Source: Eledone cirrhosa
Taxonomy: Eukaryota
DNA: 64,000 nucleotides
NCBI GenBank assembly: GCA_964016885.1
Contig: OZ024743.1
Location: forward strand, 284,208,001 to 284,272,000
Direction: 5' to 3'
In this document: piece by piece, positions 41,688 to 54,016 of the stretch
Layout: the number at the start of each line of letters is the position of its first letter
Numbering within the stretch: position 1 is the first letter of the stretch
Made by a program: the position numbers and the translations under genes
Notes under the pieces: model-generated
The model's input: only the letters and a program-made list of their open reading frames with translations
Databases searched by the model: none
What the model was told of the DNA's origin: nothing

Positions 41688-41875
41688 CTTTTTTTGTTTA
41701 ATATAAGGAATTGTTTGTTCATTATTTGTTTAATATTTTATCTTGACTCTGTATACCGTTTATCTTTCACCGAAAGTGGATTTTCATTACATCTCTTCTT
41801 TCCATGATATCCGGAATACATTGAGTTCTTCATACGGATTGGACACTACCGTAAACTCTTGGTAGATTTATCTAC

Positions 41876-42007
41876 ATATATATATATATATATATAATAT
41901 ATATATATAATATATATATATATAATATTATATATAATATATATATATATAATATTATATATAATATATATATAATATATATATATAATATATATATATA
42001 TATAGAT

Positions 42008-42050
<43 letters not shown>

Positions 42051-42116
42051 TATAATATATATATATAATATATATATATATATATTATATATATATAATA
42101 TATATATATATAATAT

Positions 42117-42169
<53 letters not shown>

Positions 42170-42177
42170 ATATATAT

Positions 42178-42209
<32 letters not shown>

Positions 42210-42247
42210 ATATATATATATATATAATATATATATATATATAACAT

Positions 42248-42325
<78 letters not shown>

Positions 42326-42606
42326 TATATAATATATATATAATATATATATATATATAATATATATATAATATATATATATATAAAATATATATATATA
42401 TATATAATATATATATATATAATATATATATACATAATATATATATATATATATATAATATATATATATATATATAATAATATATATATATATAATATAT
42501 ATATATATATATAATATATATATATATAATATATATATATATATAATATATATATATATATATAATGTATATATATATAATATATATATATAATATATAT
42601 ATATAT

Positions 42607-42641
<35 letters not shown>

Positions 42642-42738
42642 ATATATATATAATATATATATATAATATATATATATATATATAATATATATATATATAA
42701 TATATATATATATAATATATATATATATATATAATATA
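41876..42738. repeat. (TA)n array with TAA interruptions
   Basis: Direct reading. Confidence 0.95.
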
Positions 42739-45738
42739 GGCGACCTAAATGGTCACGTTGGACAACATTGTGACGGCTACGACGAAATCCATGGAGGCTA
42801 TGGGTTTGGTACTAGAAATGAGGAAGGCTCCAGAATCCTGGAATTCTGTGACGCAAATAACCTAACTATCTGTAACACTAACTTAAAAAAACGTGACAAT
42901 CACCTGATCACTTATAGATCCGGGGAACACACAAGCCAGGTAGATTATATCCTTACCAGAAGACATGACAGAGTGTCTGTTGTAAACACTAAATCTCTCC
43001 CCCATGAAGAATGCACCTCCCAACATAGATTGATAATTAGCGACCTCATAGTCAGGACGAGACGTACTCGACAGCAGAAGAGGACTATCCTCAGGAGAAA
43101 AATATGGAAGCTAAAGGACCCCACAGCCAGAAATAAATTTAAAAGCATATTACTTGATGCATTCGACAGTAAGGAAGAGCATTTAGAGTCGGACAATATA
43201 GAGGGACAGTGGGAATTTCTGAAAGCAAATCTGCTGTTGGCGACAGACGAAGTCTGTGGCTGGAGCAGGCCTGTAGGCAGGAGGAGAGTAACATGGTGGT
43301 GGAACAGTAAGGTGGAGGGGTCAATTAAGGCCAAAAAGCAGGCTTGGAAAGTATGGCGGGATGGGGGAAGTAGAGAAGACTATCAAGTCGCCAGGAGGGA
43401 AGCTAGGAGACAAGTGTACTTCGCAAGAAGGGAAGCAGAGGAAAGAAAGTTCAAGCATGTTCTACAACGCGAGGACAAAAAACGTGAGGTGTTCAGGATT
43501 GCTAGGCAATGTGTCAAGGAAAACCGTGATATTGTCGGGGAGAAGTGTGTACTTAATGATGACGGCGTACTTGCCATCACCGACGCTGATAAGAAGGTAG
43601 CTTGGAAGTGTCACGATGAAAGGCTACTAAATGAGGAGAATAAATGGGAGAAAGACAGTCTCCCACACAGAGACCCAATAGAGGGACCAGCAGTGTTAGT
43701 CGAGGGGAGTATAATGAGTAAGGCAATCAAAGATATGAAGACGGGTAAGGCGGCTGGGCCTTCGGAAATAGTTGCTGAGATGCTGAAGGCATCTGGCACG
43801 GTGTGACACACCATGGTCACCCGCATAGTTAACCAAGTCGTACAGAATGGGGTTGTTCCGAAGGACTGGCATAGCAGCATCATCGTTAACTGTTATAAGG
43901 GTAAAGGAGACGCCCTAGATAGGAGTAACTATAGAGGCATTAAATTAATCGACCGGGTCATGAAGGTCACGGAAAAAGTAATAGCGCAACTAATCAGAGA
44001 GAGAATTGACCTAGATGAAATGCAGTTCGGGTTTGTGTCAGGCAAAAGTACCACAGACGCTCTTTTCATTGTACGACAACTACAGGAGAAGTACCTAGCT
44101 AAAGGTAAACCCCTCTACTTAGCTTTTGTCGACTTGGAGAAAGCCTTCGAAAGAGTCCCCCGTTCCATTATCTGGTGGGCTCTTAGAAAACTAGGTGTTG
44201 ACGAATGGCTTGTGACAGCTATACAAGCCATGTATAAAGAAACATCCAGCAAGGTTAGAATTAACAACGAATATAGTGAAGAGTTTAGCATAAAAGTTGG
44301 CGTCCATCAGGGCTCTGTTCTCAGCCCCCTACTATTTATTATTGCCCTTCAGGCTATAACAGAGGAGTTCAAGACCGGCTGCCCATGGGAACTCCTATAC
44401 GCAGACGACCTGACACTCATAGCTGAATCAATGGCCGAGCTAGAGAAGAAATTCCAAACATGGAAGCACGGCCTAGAATCAAAAGGACTTAAAATTAACC
44501 TGGCTAAGACTAAAGTTCTAGTTTGTAGGAAAGAAAATAAGGCGGCGGTCCCTTCTGGGAAATGGTCATGCTCAGTGTGTAGGAAAGGCGTAGGTAGAAA
44601 CTCCATTTTATGTCCTAAATGCAAAGTATGGGTGCATAAAAGATGTAGTGGGATCACAGGTAAGCTAACTAAGAACATAGATTTTACATGTGGCCGGTGC
44701 TCTGGTGCAATAAGTAGCAGCAAGTGCCCACAAAATACTAGCTCTTTCAATTGCGCAGAGGGTTCTATAGAAATAGTGGACAGCTTCCGTTACCTGGGCG
44801 ATAAAATCAGCAGTGGGGGAGGGTGCTCTGAAAGTACAGTAGCTAGAGTCAGAACTGGTTGGAAAAAGTTCAGAGAGCTTATACCACTATTAGCCGCTAA
44901 AGGGTTCTCCTAAAAATGAAAGGCAGGTTGTACGATGCCTGCATACGAACAGCAATGTTGCACGGCAGTGAGACCTGGGCATTGTGTGCAGAGGATATAC
45001 TCAGACTAGAGAGAAACGAAGCTTGCATGCTCCGCTTGATGTGTAATAGTAATATACGTGAACGGCAAAGCATAAACAAACTAAGGAAAAAATTAGAAAT
45101 AAGAAGGATCAGATGTTGTTTACTCGAGAGAAGGCTACGTTGGTATGGACACGTGATGCGCATGAAAGTCGATATCTGTATAACAAAGTGCAGGGCAATA
45201 AAGATAGACGGTAGCCACGGAATAGGCAGACCTAGAAAAACCTGGGACGAGCTGATAAACTCCGACCTCACACACTTACACCTCTCCAAGACAATGTCAC
45301 TGGACCGAGACCTTTGGCGGTACTCAGTAACAGAGAAGACCCGCCTTACCTAAATACATAGTAAAACCTACTACAGCCAGTAGGCATCTCTAACAAAATA
45401 CACCCCGTCCCACCACCACCACCCCCACCCCATTCTATGTAAAGTTATGTTGGTGCTGCGCCATCCAGGCCGAAACAAATGAGATCGTGTAGGTGTCACG
45501 ACAAAAAAACACACAGTCCACGCTGTAATGTGGCCGTGTAGGCAACACGGTAAAAACCTCCCAGACCCACACTGTAGATGTGGTTGGTGTTAGGAAGGGC
45601 ATCCAACTGTAGAAAACCTGCCAGACAGTCCTATGCGAGCAAGACAATCACTCTTGCCTCAAGTGGGACTACCCCCATCCAAACCCATGCAGGCGTGGAA
45701 CACGGACGTTAAACGTTGATGATGATGATGATGATGAT
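42739..45738 (+). mobile_element. Young RTE LINE, truncated within the endonuclease; one stop (43804) and one frameshift (~44910)
   Basis: Begins at GDLNGHVG; ORFs 42973-43806, 43813-44913 and 44916-45353; (GAT)n tail. Confidence 0.95.
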
Positions 45739-45765
45739 ATATATATAATATATATATATATATAA

Positions 45766-47985
45766 AACTTCAAAAAACGAGACAATCACCTGATCACCTA
45801 TAGATCGGGGGGAACACACAAGCCAGGTAGATTATATCCTTACCAGAAGACGTGACAGAGTGTCTGTTGTAAACACTAAATCCCTCCCCCATGAAGAATG
45901 CACCTCCCAACATAGACTGATAATTAGCGACCTAATAGTCAGGACGAGACGTACTAGACAGCAGAAGAGGACTATCCTCAGGAGAAAAATATGGAAGCTA
46001 AAGGACCCCACAGCCAGAAATAAATTTAAAAGCATACTACTTGATGCTTTCGACAGTAAGGAAGAGCAATTAGAGTCGTACAATATAGAGGAACAGTGGG
46101 AATTCCTGAAAGCAAACCTGCTGATGGCGGCAGATGAAGTCTGTGGCAGGAGCAGGCCTGTAGGTAGGAGGAGAGTAACATGGTGGTGGAACAGTAAGGT
46201 GGAGGGGTCAATTAAGGCCAAAAAAGCAGGCTTGGAAAGTATGGCGGGATGGGGAAGTAGAGAAGACTATCAAGTCGCCAGGAGGGAAGCTAGGAGACAA
46301 GTGTACTTCGCAAGAAGGGAAGCAGCGGAAAGAAAGTTCAAGCATGTTCTACAACGCGAGGACCAAAAACGTGAGGTGTTCAGGATTGCTAGGCAATGTG
46401 TCAAGGAAAACCGTGATATTGTCGGGGAGAAGTGTGTACTTAATGATGATGGCGTACTTGCCATCACCGACGCTGATAAGAAGGTAGCTTGGAAGTGTCA
46501 CTACGAAAGGCTACTAAATGAGGAGAATAAATTGGAGAAAGACAGTCTCCCCCACATCGACCCAATAGAGGGACCAGCAGTGTTAGTCGAGGGGAGTATA
46601 ATAAGTAAGGCAATCAAAGATATGAAGACGGGTAAGGCAGCTGGGCCTTCGGAAATAGTTGCTGAGATGCTGAAGGCATCTGGAACGGTGGGACACACCA
46701 TGGTCACCCGGATAGTAAACCAAGTCGTACAGAATGGGGTTGTTCCGAAGGACTGGCGTAGCAGCATCATCATTAACTGTTATAAGGGATCACAGGTAAG
46801 CTAACTAAGAACATAGATTTTACATGTGGCCGGTGCTCTGGTGCAATAAGTAGCAGCAAGTGCCCACTAAATACTAGCTCCTTCAACTGCGCAGAGGGTT
46901 CTATAGAAATAGTGGACAGCTTCCGTTACCTGGGTGACAAAATTAGCAGTGGGGGAGAGTGCTCTGAAAGTACAGTAGCTAGAGTCAGAACTGGATGGAA
47001 AAAGTTCAGAGAGCTTATACCACTATTAGCCGCTAAAGGGTTCTCCCTAAAAATGAAAGGCAGGTTGTATGATGCCTGCATACGAACAGCAATGTTGCAT
47101 GGCAGTGAGACCTGGGCATTGTGTGCAGAGGATATACGCAGACTAGAGAGGAACGAAGCTTGCATGCTCCGCTGGATGTGTAATAGTAATATACGTGAAC
47201 GGCAAAGCATAAACGAACTAAGGAAAAAATTAGAAATAAGAGGGATCAGATGTTGTTTACTCGAGAGAAGGCTACGTTGGTATGGTCACGTGATGCGCAT
47301 GAAAGACGACAGCTGTATAACAAAGTGCAGAGCAATAAAGATAGATGGTAGCCACGGAGTAGGCAGACCCAGAAAAACCTGGGACGAGCTGATAAATTCC
47401 GACCTCACACACTTACACCTCTCCAAGACAATGTCACTGGACCGAGACCTTTGGCGGTACTCAGTAACAGAGAAGACCCGCCTTACCTAAATACAAAGTA
47501 AAACCTACTACAGTCAGTAGGCATCTCTAACAAAATACACCCCCGTCCCACCACCCCCACCCCATCCACACCGCCCCTTTCAATGCAAAGTTATGTTGGT
47601 GCCACAACATCCAGGCCGAAACAAATGAGATCGTGTAGATGTCACGACAAAAAACACACAGTCCACGCTGTAATGTGGCTGTGTAGGCAATACGGTAAAA
47701 ACCTCCCAGTCCCACACTGTAAATGTGGTTGGTGTTAGGAAGGGCATCCAGCTGTAGAAAACACACCAGACAGTCCACGCTGTAATGTGGCCGTGTAGGT
47801 AACACGGTAAAAACCTCCCAGGTCCACACTGTAAATGTGGTTGGTGTTAGGAAGGGCATCCAGCCGTAGAAAACCCGCCAGATAGTCCTATGCGAGCAAG
47901 AAACCACTCTTGCCTCAAGTGGGAAAACGCCCGTCCAAACCCATGCAAGCGTGGAATATGGATGTTAAATGATGATGATGATGAT
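45766..47985 (+). mobile_element. Young RTE LINE with ~750-bp internal deletion of the RT core
   Basis: Junction tataaggg|atcacagg at 46788; duplicated 3'UTR module; (GAT)n tail. Confidence 0.95.
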
Positions 47986-48007
47986 ACACACATATCTATA
48001 TATATAT

Positions 48008-48372
48008 ATATAAGTATGTACACGTACATACATATATGTATACAGACGCACAGTAGTATGTATATATATATACATACATGCACACATATATATATGCATG
48101 TATGGATTCACCGAACATTTATTATAATGCTCGTTGTGTTTGTAAACAAACATCCCGTATTAAGCCATAGTGTCTAGCGTTCCTTTGTCAGTGTTGAACA
48201 AACGAGCAACGATGGTTGCTAGACACTACGGCTTAATACGGGATGTTTGTTTACAAACACACTGAGCATTATAATAAATGTTCGGTGAATCCATACGTGC
48301 ATATATGTATATATATATACATACTACTGTGCGTCTGTATACATATATGTATGTACGTATACATACTTATAT
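48008..48372. repeat. Hairpin/MITE-like inverted repeat (arms 48008-48178, 48218-48372)
   Basis: ggattcaccgaacatttattataatgctc...aaacatcccgtattaagcc.tagtgtctagc and its reverse complement, with a 39-nt spacer. Confidence 0.9.
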
Positions 48373-49117
48373 TTAAGTAACAGCCGTACTAAGAGTGGGA
48401 AATGAAATTTTGTTTCATTTTTTTCCGTTTATATATATATATATATATATATAAATATGCACATGCAAACAGAGACTAATAAATAATAATTGAAGTGATA
48501 TATATTCATTTTTCACAGTGAGACAAATATAGAAATTTGTAAGAGAATATTATTCTTTTATTATCCTCTTTAAGAAGGAATAAGCAATTAAGTTGAGACC
48601 TTCAAAATTTGAACTCAGAGTGTATGAGCAGTGCAAGGCATTCATTTCATCACTCAGCTACTTATGTTATTCCAAATACATGCCGCAAATAATAAACAAA
48701 CGATTTAGATTTATTGACACACACTTTTGCATAGACAGTAGCAGCCTCCAAACTCTACAAAACTTCACATGAAATAATAGTCTGTAAAAGAGCAGTTAAA
48801 ACTACTTGATATCAAAAATTAAAAAATAAAAATATGAAAAAAAAAACAGTTGGAAGGAAAATAAACTAGAAGTGGACGAGCTTCCAATATTATACTAAAT
48901 ACCAGTATAGCTAAAAATATGTATCAATAAAAAAAAAACACATAAAAATATAACAACCATCAGCTAATAAGAATACATACACTGCAAAGACAGACGAAAT
49001 GCATATATGCACAATATATATATATATATATTTTTTTTTCTATATGAAAACTGCAGTGATGTGAAACTTTAGTAGGAAAGAAAATAGAAAAGTCAGTTAA
49101 AATAACTAAATATATAT

Positions 49118-49178
<61 letters not shown>

Positions 49179-50400
49179 GTGTGTGTGCATATATATAAAA
49201 GATAAATTTAATGTAGGTATAACTACAGTTTTAAATTTTAAGTCCCAATGTCCCCAAAAAAACCCAAATATGAATACATTCTGTTATTCTCTTTGTATAC
49301 AAAAACATATAAGGAGTACCTTTACATTTTTCATATTAAATGACTACTAATCAGATAACAAGTACCTCTTACTTTTTGCCTATGAAGAGGATTTGTAGCA
49401 AAACACTATTTATATTAAACACAAACCAGAAGTCAACTGAAATGGCCAGTGCAATTTGCATAACATGCATTTGTTGAAGTGGTGATTAATTAAATATCAA
49501 AATCTCTTCAGGCCTAACTACACAATATGGTCACTAGATAAAACTCAAGAACATACATTGAAATGAGAGATATTTACTTCACACATTAAACCATGGTAGA
49601 CAGAACTTGTTAGCCATGGTTGGTAGTCTATCTTGGAGAAGGACAACTCTGATTTCCAAACTGAGGTAGATGGCACTCCTTAGTTACTTTGTATAACAAC
49701 TTCATCCTTGGCTTGGTAGCCAGCTTCTAAGTAATGATTGGACAAGGATTTGGGACCCACTGATGTCACTATTTTCCCAATAAGTATCATGGACACAGCA
49801 TCATATAGATTAGTGTTGGTGCAATTTCTATAGACCCCCAACCCTCATGAATGAGGACGGGAAGACACTAAACTAGCAGTTACCAACACACTTCATTGTG
49901 TATACTCATAAAGTAATTAATCTACACACACATAAATACACTAGGTGCTATCAGAAGACTTTTAAACTGTTCATGTTTTGATTGTACTGTTCAATTGAAA
50001 TGCATACAGTTGATGATTATTAGTAGAAAACCTACTGAGTTAGTCTGCAAATAGGTTTCATGCTATTTGCACATGTGTGTGTGTATATATATGGTGGCTG
50101 TTGGCTCCCCTCTCTCTGGCCCTAAGGTCAGCTGCTGACCTGTAATTTCTATCCCAGACAGTTTTGTCAGACTTCAAACAATCTTTAGGCTTGTTCTGTG
50201 GCCTCCTATGGTCCATTATGAGATATATCTTGATAGTCAGACACATGGACTGCTGAAACATCCCCACATTGGTTATCATAATCTCCAAAGACATTTTTGG
50301 TGAAAACATTCAAGCAGTCTTTTTGATGGGTTACCCATGTGTTGTAATGACACACACCTCATACACACTCAACTTAGTACTTTGCTTTAATTTGCAATAG

Positions 50401-50945
50401 CACTAACACAGCATGCTATAGACTAAAGCCATATATGACCCATGTGAATATGTTTGTATATAGTGAACAAACATTTCATCTCACTGTGTGTATTTAAGTT
50501 GCAAACATGTCACAGTTACTTCAACAACCAGAATAAGAGATGTATTTCAGTGTCCTTATTTATCCTCAGTGTATGTTCACTTATACTGGGATGCTGAAAT
50601 ATGGAAGACAATATCTCCTTGTAGAATTTTGTAAACAAACTATTCATGGTGAAAACCTATTTATATTTTGTGCAAGAATGACCAGTTAGTTTGAACTAGG
50701 GATAAACACTAACACAGCAAGATTCAAAATAAAATCAGATATGAATCCATTTACAATAAATTTACATATAATAAACATACATCTAGTCTTGTTGGGAGTA
50801 TTTAAGCTGCAAACATATTGAATTTACATCAGCAACCAGAGTAGGAGTGGCAGATGTATTTCAATGTCTTTACACATTGTCAGTGTACACTCAATCATTT
50901 TTGGGTGATGAAGTTTGAAAAACAATATATTTTTTGTAAACAAAT
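50401..50945 (+). repeat. Old direct duplication (~50401-50640 and ~50707-50945)
   Basis: Shared blocks cactaacacagca, gtatttaag.tgcaaacat, caaccaga, agatgtatttca.tgtc and gtaaacaaa in the same order. Confidence 0.6.
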
Positions 50946-51615
50946 TATTAGTACTTAAATGTATGTCCCCTTGTGACTACACTCAAGTTCCTCACCTACC
51001 AAAAGTGATGTTATCCCCACACGTTTCTTCACTTAATTTACTTATTAGTAAAACATGAAAATGAACTACATGGATAAATGAAGTGATCAACCACATGTAG
51101 TTTTATGTCATATACGAATATTGTAGCTCACAGTAATGATTTTCATTGGCTGGAGCAACAATCACTTTTGTTTATACAAACTTATGAGTTTCATTACAGT
51201 GCAAACATCTGAAAATATATCCCTAATCTATTTAATCATATATATATATGATGGCTGCAAACTCTGCTAAGAGTATTGCAATCAGATTATAGAGTTTGGT
51301 GCACTTTTAGGCTAAGGCCAGCCACACGAACCTGTAACATAACTTGAACAAGCAATGCATGTGCTTTGAAGGTTTTTTAAATGTCGAAAGGCCTTGCACT
51401 CGACCAATCTCACTCTCTGAGCATCGAAAACACCACCCAAAAAGGAGAACTGGTCAACATCATTGGATACTTCCGAAGCTGCAGGGTTTTTTTTCAGAGT
51501 TTCTCTCTCCTAGAAAGGTGTTGTGGCAACAACTGGGAGCCTTTCACTCTCAGGTGAAAAAAAAAAAGTACTATTTGGATGGCTGAGTTCCTCCGCCCTT
51601 TGTATTCATCCCATG

Positions 51616-51665
<50 letters not shown>

Positions 51666-52039
51666 CATACACACACACATATATATATATATGTTTACAT
51701 ATATATATATACTATTGCTAACATTATTTTTGATGCTGGTTTTTTTCTTCTTCCTCTTCTTCACTAAGTTTCTTCAGCTGGTTTTGTTACCTTAATATTT
51801 ACAACCCCACCTGAACTGTAGCAACCTCTAAAACATAAGCAAATTTAATATATATGAATAAGGAATGGTGTAGTCATGCAAGAAGACACTATAAAATAGC
51901 TTATAAAATAGGGTGAAAACTCTTAAAGACGGAAAAAAAAAGTTACCATCAGCCGCTATGAAGCCCATATCTCCCAGAATACACACACACATAGAATGAT
52001 GACATATATATATATATATATATAGTTTTAATATAGATG

Positions 52040-52090
52040 AGATTCTACAGGACTAGAAATGTTTCATTCTTTAGAAATCATCAGGAATCT
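52040..52090 (-). ncRNA. Type I hammerhead-like motif
   Basis: agattc CTGATGA t-ttc-taaa-gaa-t GAAA ca-tttctagtcc-tg TA gaatct. Perfect 6-bp stem I, GUA site. Confidence 0.65.
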
Positions 52091-52560
52091 GATGATTTCT
52101 AAAACTTTTATACTCTGCTATGTATTGATTCCCTTACTTACTGTGGTTACCTCCAATTCAACCCGGAATAACTTAACTTATATACACATACACATAGAAT
52201 GATGACATATATACATATATATATATACACACACACATACACGTGCATGTGTATATAACCATAACTACTATATGCCTTGCTCTATCATAAAAACAGAACA
52301 CTATCCATGGACCAAACAAATACCACCAAAACACCCAATCCAGACCCAACCTCCCATATACATACTACACAGAACGTGGTAAAAATACTAATCACCTCCA
52401 TCAGAACCATACTGAAACACACTCATTCATAACAATAACCAAAACCATTCTAATTACTAGCAGATATTATCAGACTGTAGCCATCTTATTACATGTTTCT
52501 GTACATCATACACACATAAACACACATGTATATGCATATATATATACACACACATATATA

Positions 52561-53064
52561 TTGTTTTACTTTGGGAGGTCATGCTGCCATTAAAATCACA
52601 CACACTAGTTGAGTTTCACTCCAATTTTTATTTCAGTTTTATTATTAATCAGATAACTAATCCATTTCTCCATCAGGTTGGTAACTAAATGGTTATTTAA
52701 TAATTGTTATGTTTAATTGTCAAAATATTCTATCACACATTGACAATTAAATAACCATCTGGTTACTAAACTAACTGAGGAATAGATTAGTTACCTGACT
52801 AATAATGTTTTCTGATTTAGGCACAAGGGAAAGTAAATTAAATTGACTCCAGTGCATTACTGGTACTTCATTTTATCAACCCTGTAAGGATGAAAGGCAA
52901 AGTTAACCTCAGAACGTAAAGAGACGTAACTATGCTGCAAAGCATGTTGTCCAACACTTTACTCCACTGCCAATCCACCACCCTAGTTACCTAACTAATA
53001 ATAAAACCAAAGTGAAATTTAACTGGTGTGTGTATTTTATTGGCAACATCACTCTCCTAAACAA
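52561..53064. mobile_element. Old MITE-like foldback element interrupted by a SINE
   Basis: Diverged arms (gcca.taaaat.cacacac.agtt / aactggtgtgtgtattttattggc; ttaattgtcaa / ttgacaattaa) with TA flanks. Confidence 0.6.
52807..52983 (-). mobile_element. SINE family A with 19-bp target-site duplication
   Basis: TSD tagttacctractaataat at 52788-52806 and 52984-53002. Confidence 0.9.
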
Positions 53065-54010
53065 TATATAACAATATATTTCAACATATAATTTCACATC
53101 AAGATTGCAAAACAATATATATATATGAATGAATAAAAGTATATATGAACACAAATTAGCAGCCATTTCAGTTTATTGAATTTTTTTTTTGTTTTGTTAT
53201 TTTCTTTAATGATAAATGTAGGCTAATAATCATTTTTTGAAATAGTGAAGTAGCAGCAAAACACTAAAGCAATTTCAGCTTCATAAGAATATGGTAAATA
53301 TTGAAACAAAGAGTATTATAGTTTTCAAGTCAATGTCTTTGAGGGTTTATCATCTGAAATTTTAATCTAATCTGTTTTGATAATATGCATTGAGGTTACA
53401 ATGGAAACAATTTATCATAAACTTAATCTAAATTACTGACAGCAAAAATATTAGGTTAGCTTTATTATTTTTGTCTTTATCCACCCATGCTTTCATAAGA
53501 AATATGCAATATCTTATATATTTTCCATATGCATTATGTATTATTCTATTTGGTTTTAATTGTTGATGTTTTAATTTTAATTGCATTCTAAGTAAAATAT
53601 GAAGCTGTAAAAAGATAAAGAAAATTTCACCCCAATGTGGAATATATATATAAAAATGTAACTGAGCAATATTAAATATATACTTTAAATCAGATATAGT
53701 TTCAATGAATTAAACAATATAGTTTCAATGAATTAAAACCAATTCATCGCATTGCTCTATATTCACTCTATGCTGAGAAATATTCAGATGTTCTACCATT
53801 TCTGACTAATTTTGCTGAAAAATCTCTGAAATGAGATACTTCTTAGATATTTACCTATTAAAAATCGTTGAAAGACAGACTGATTGATATATTTGGAAGG
53901 GCTGCTCTAAGTAAGTCAAGCACTAGCATACCGATGGCACTGTATTCTAAGGTCATAGTCGACATGCTTAAAGTTAAAATTAAGCACCAATTGATGCTGG
54001 TAATTCTCAC

Positions 54011-54016
54011 CTGGGG
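54011..54016 (-). CDS. Cav1: Candidate 6-nt Cav1 microexon in the IIIS3-S4 linker (adds Asn-Pro)
   Basis: Minus strand ttctttttcatcttcctttctttgtccaaccag|CCCCAG|gtgaga: long polypyrimidine tract, CAG acceptor, strong donor. Frame-preserving after the phase-2 end of the 101-nt exon. Confidence 0.55.

Larger units (their letters stand above)
38491..41741. repeat. Large inverted repeat: ~1.22-kb near-identical arms (38491-39714, 40521-41741), ~0.8-kb CA/TA spacer
   Basis: Identical 64-aa spurious ORFs at 38577-38771(+) and 41461-41655(-); the arms match apart from homopolymer/microsatellite length and rare substitutions. Confidence 0.95.

Noticed and set aside
46780-46800. Splicing as cause of the RTE deletion
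   Set aside because: A GT donor is nearby but no AG gives the observed junction; microhomology fits.
51260-51612. Possible transposon-derived coding fragment
   Set aside because: No motif I can identify with confidence.
53855-54016. 156/162-nt exon using the donor at 53854
   Set aside because: Immediate stop in the Cav1 frame and no recognisable protein in other frames; the 6-nt microexon fits better.
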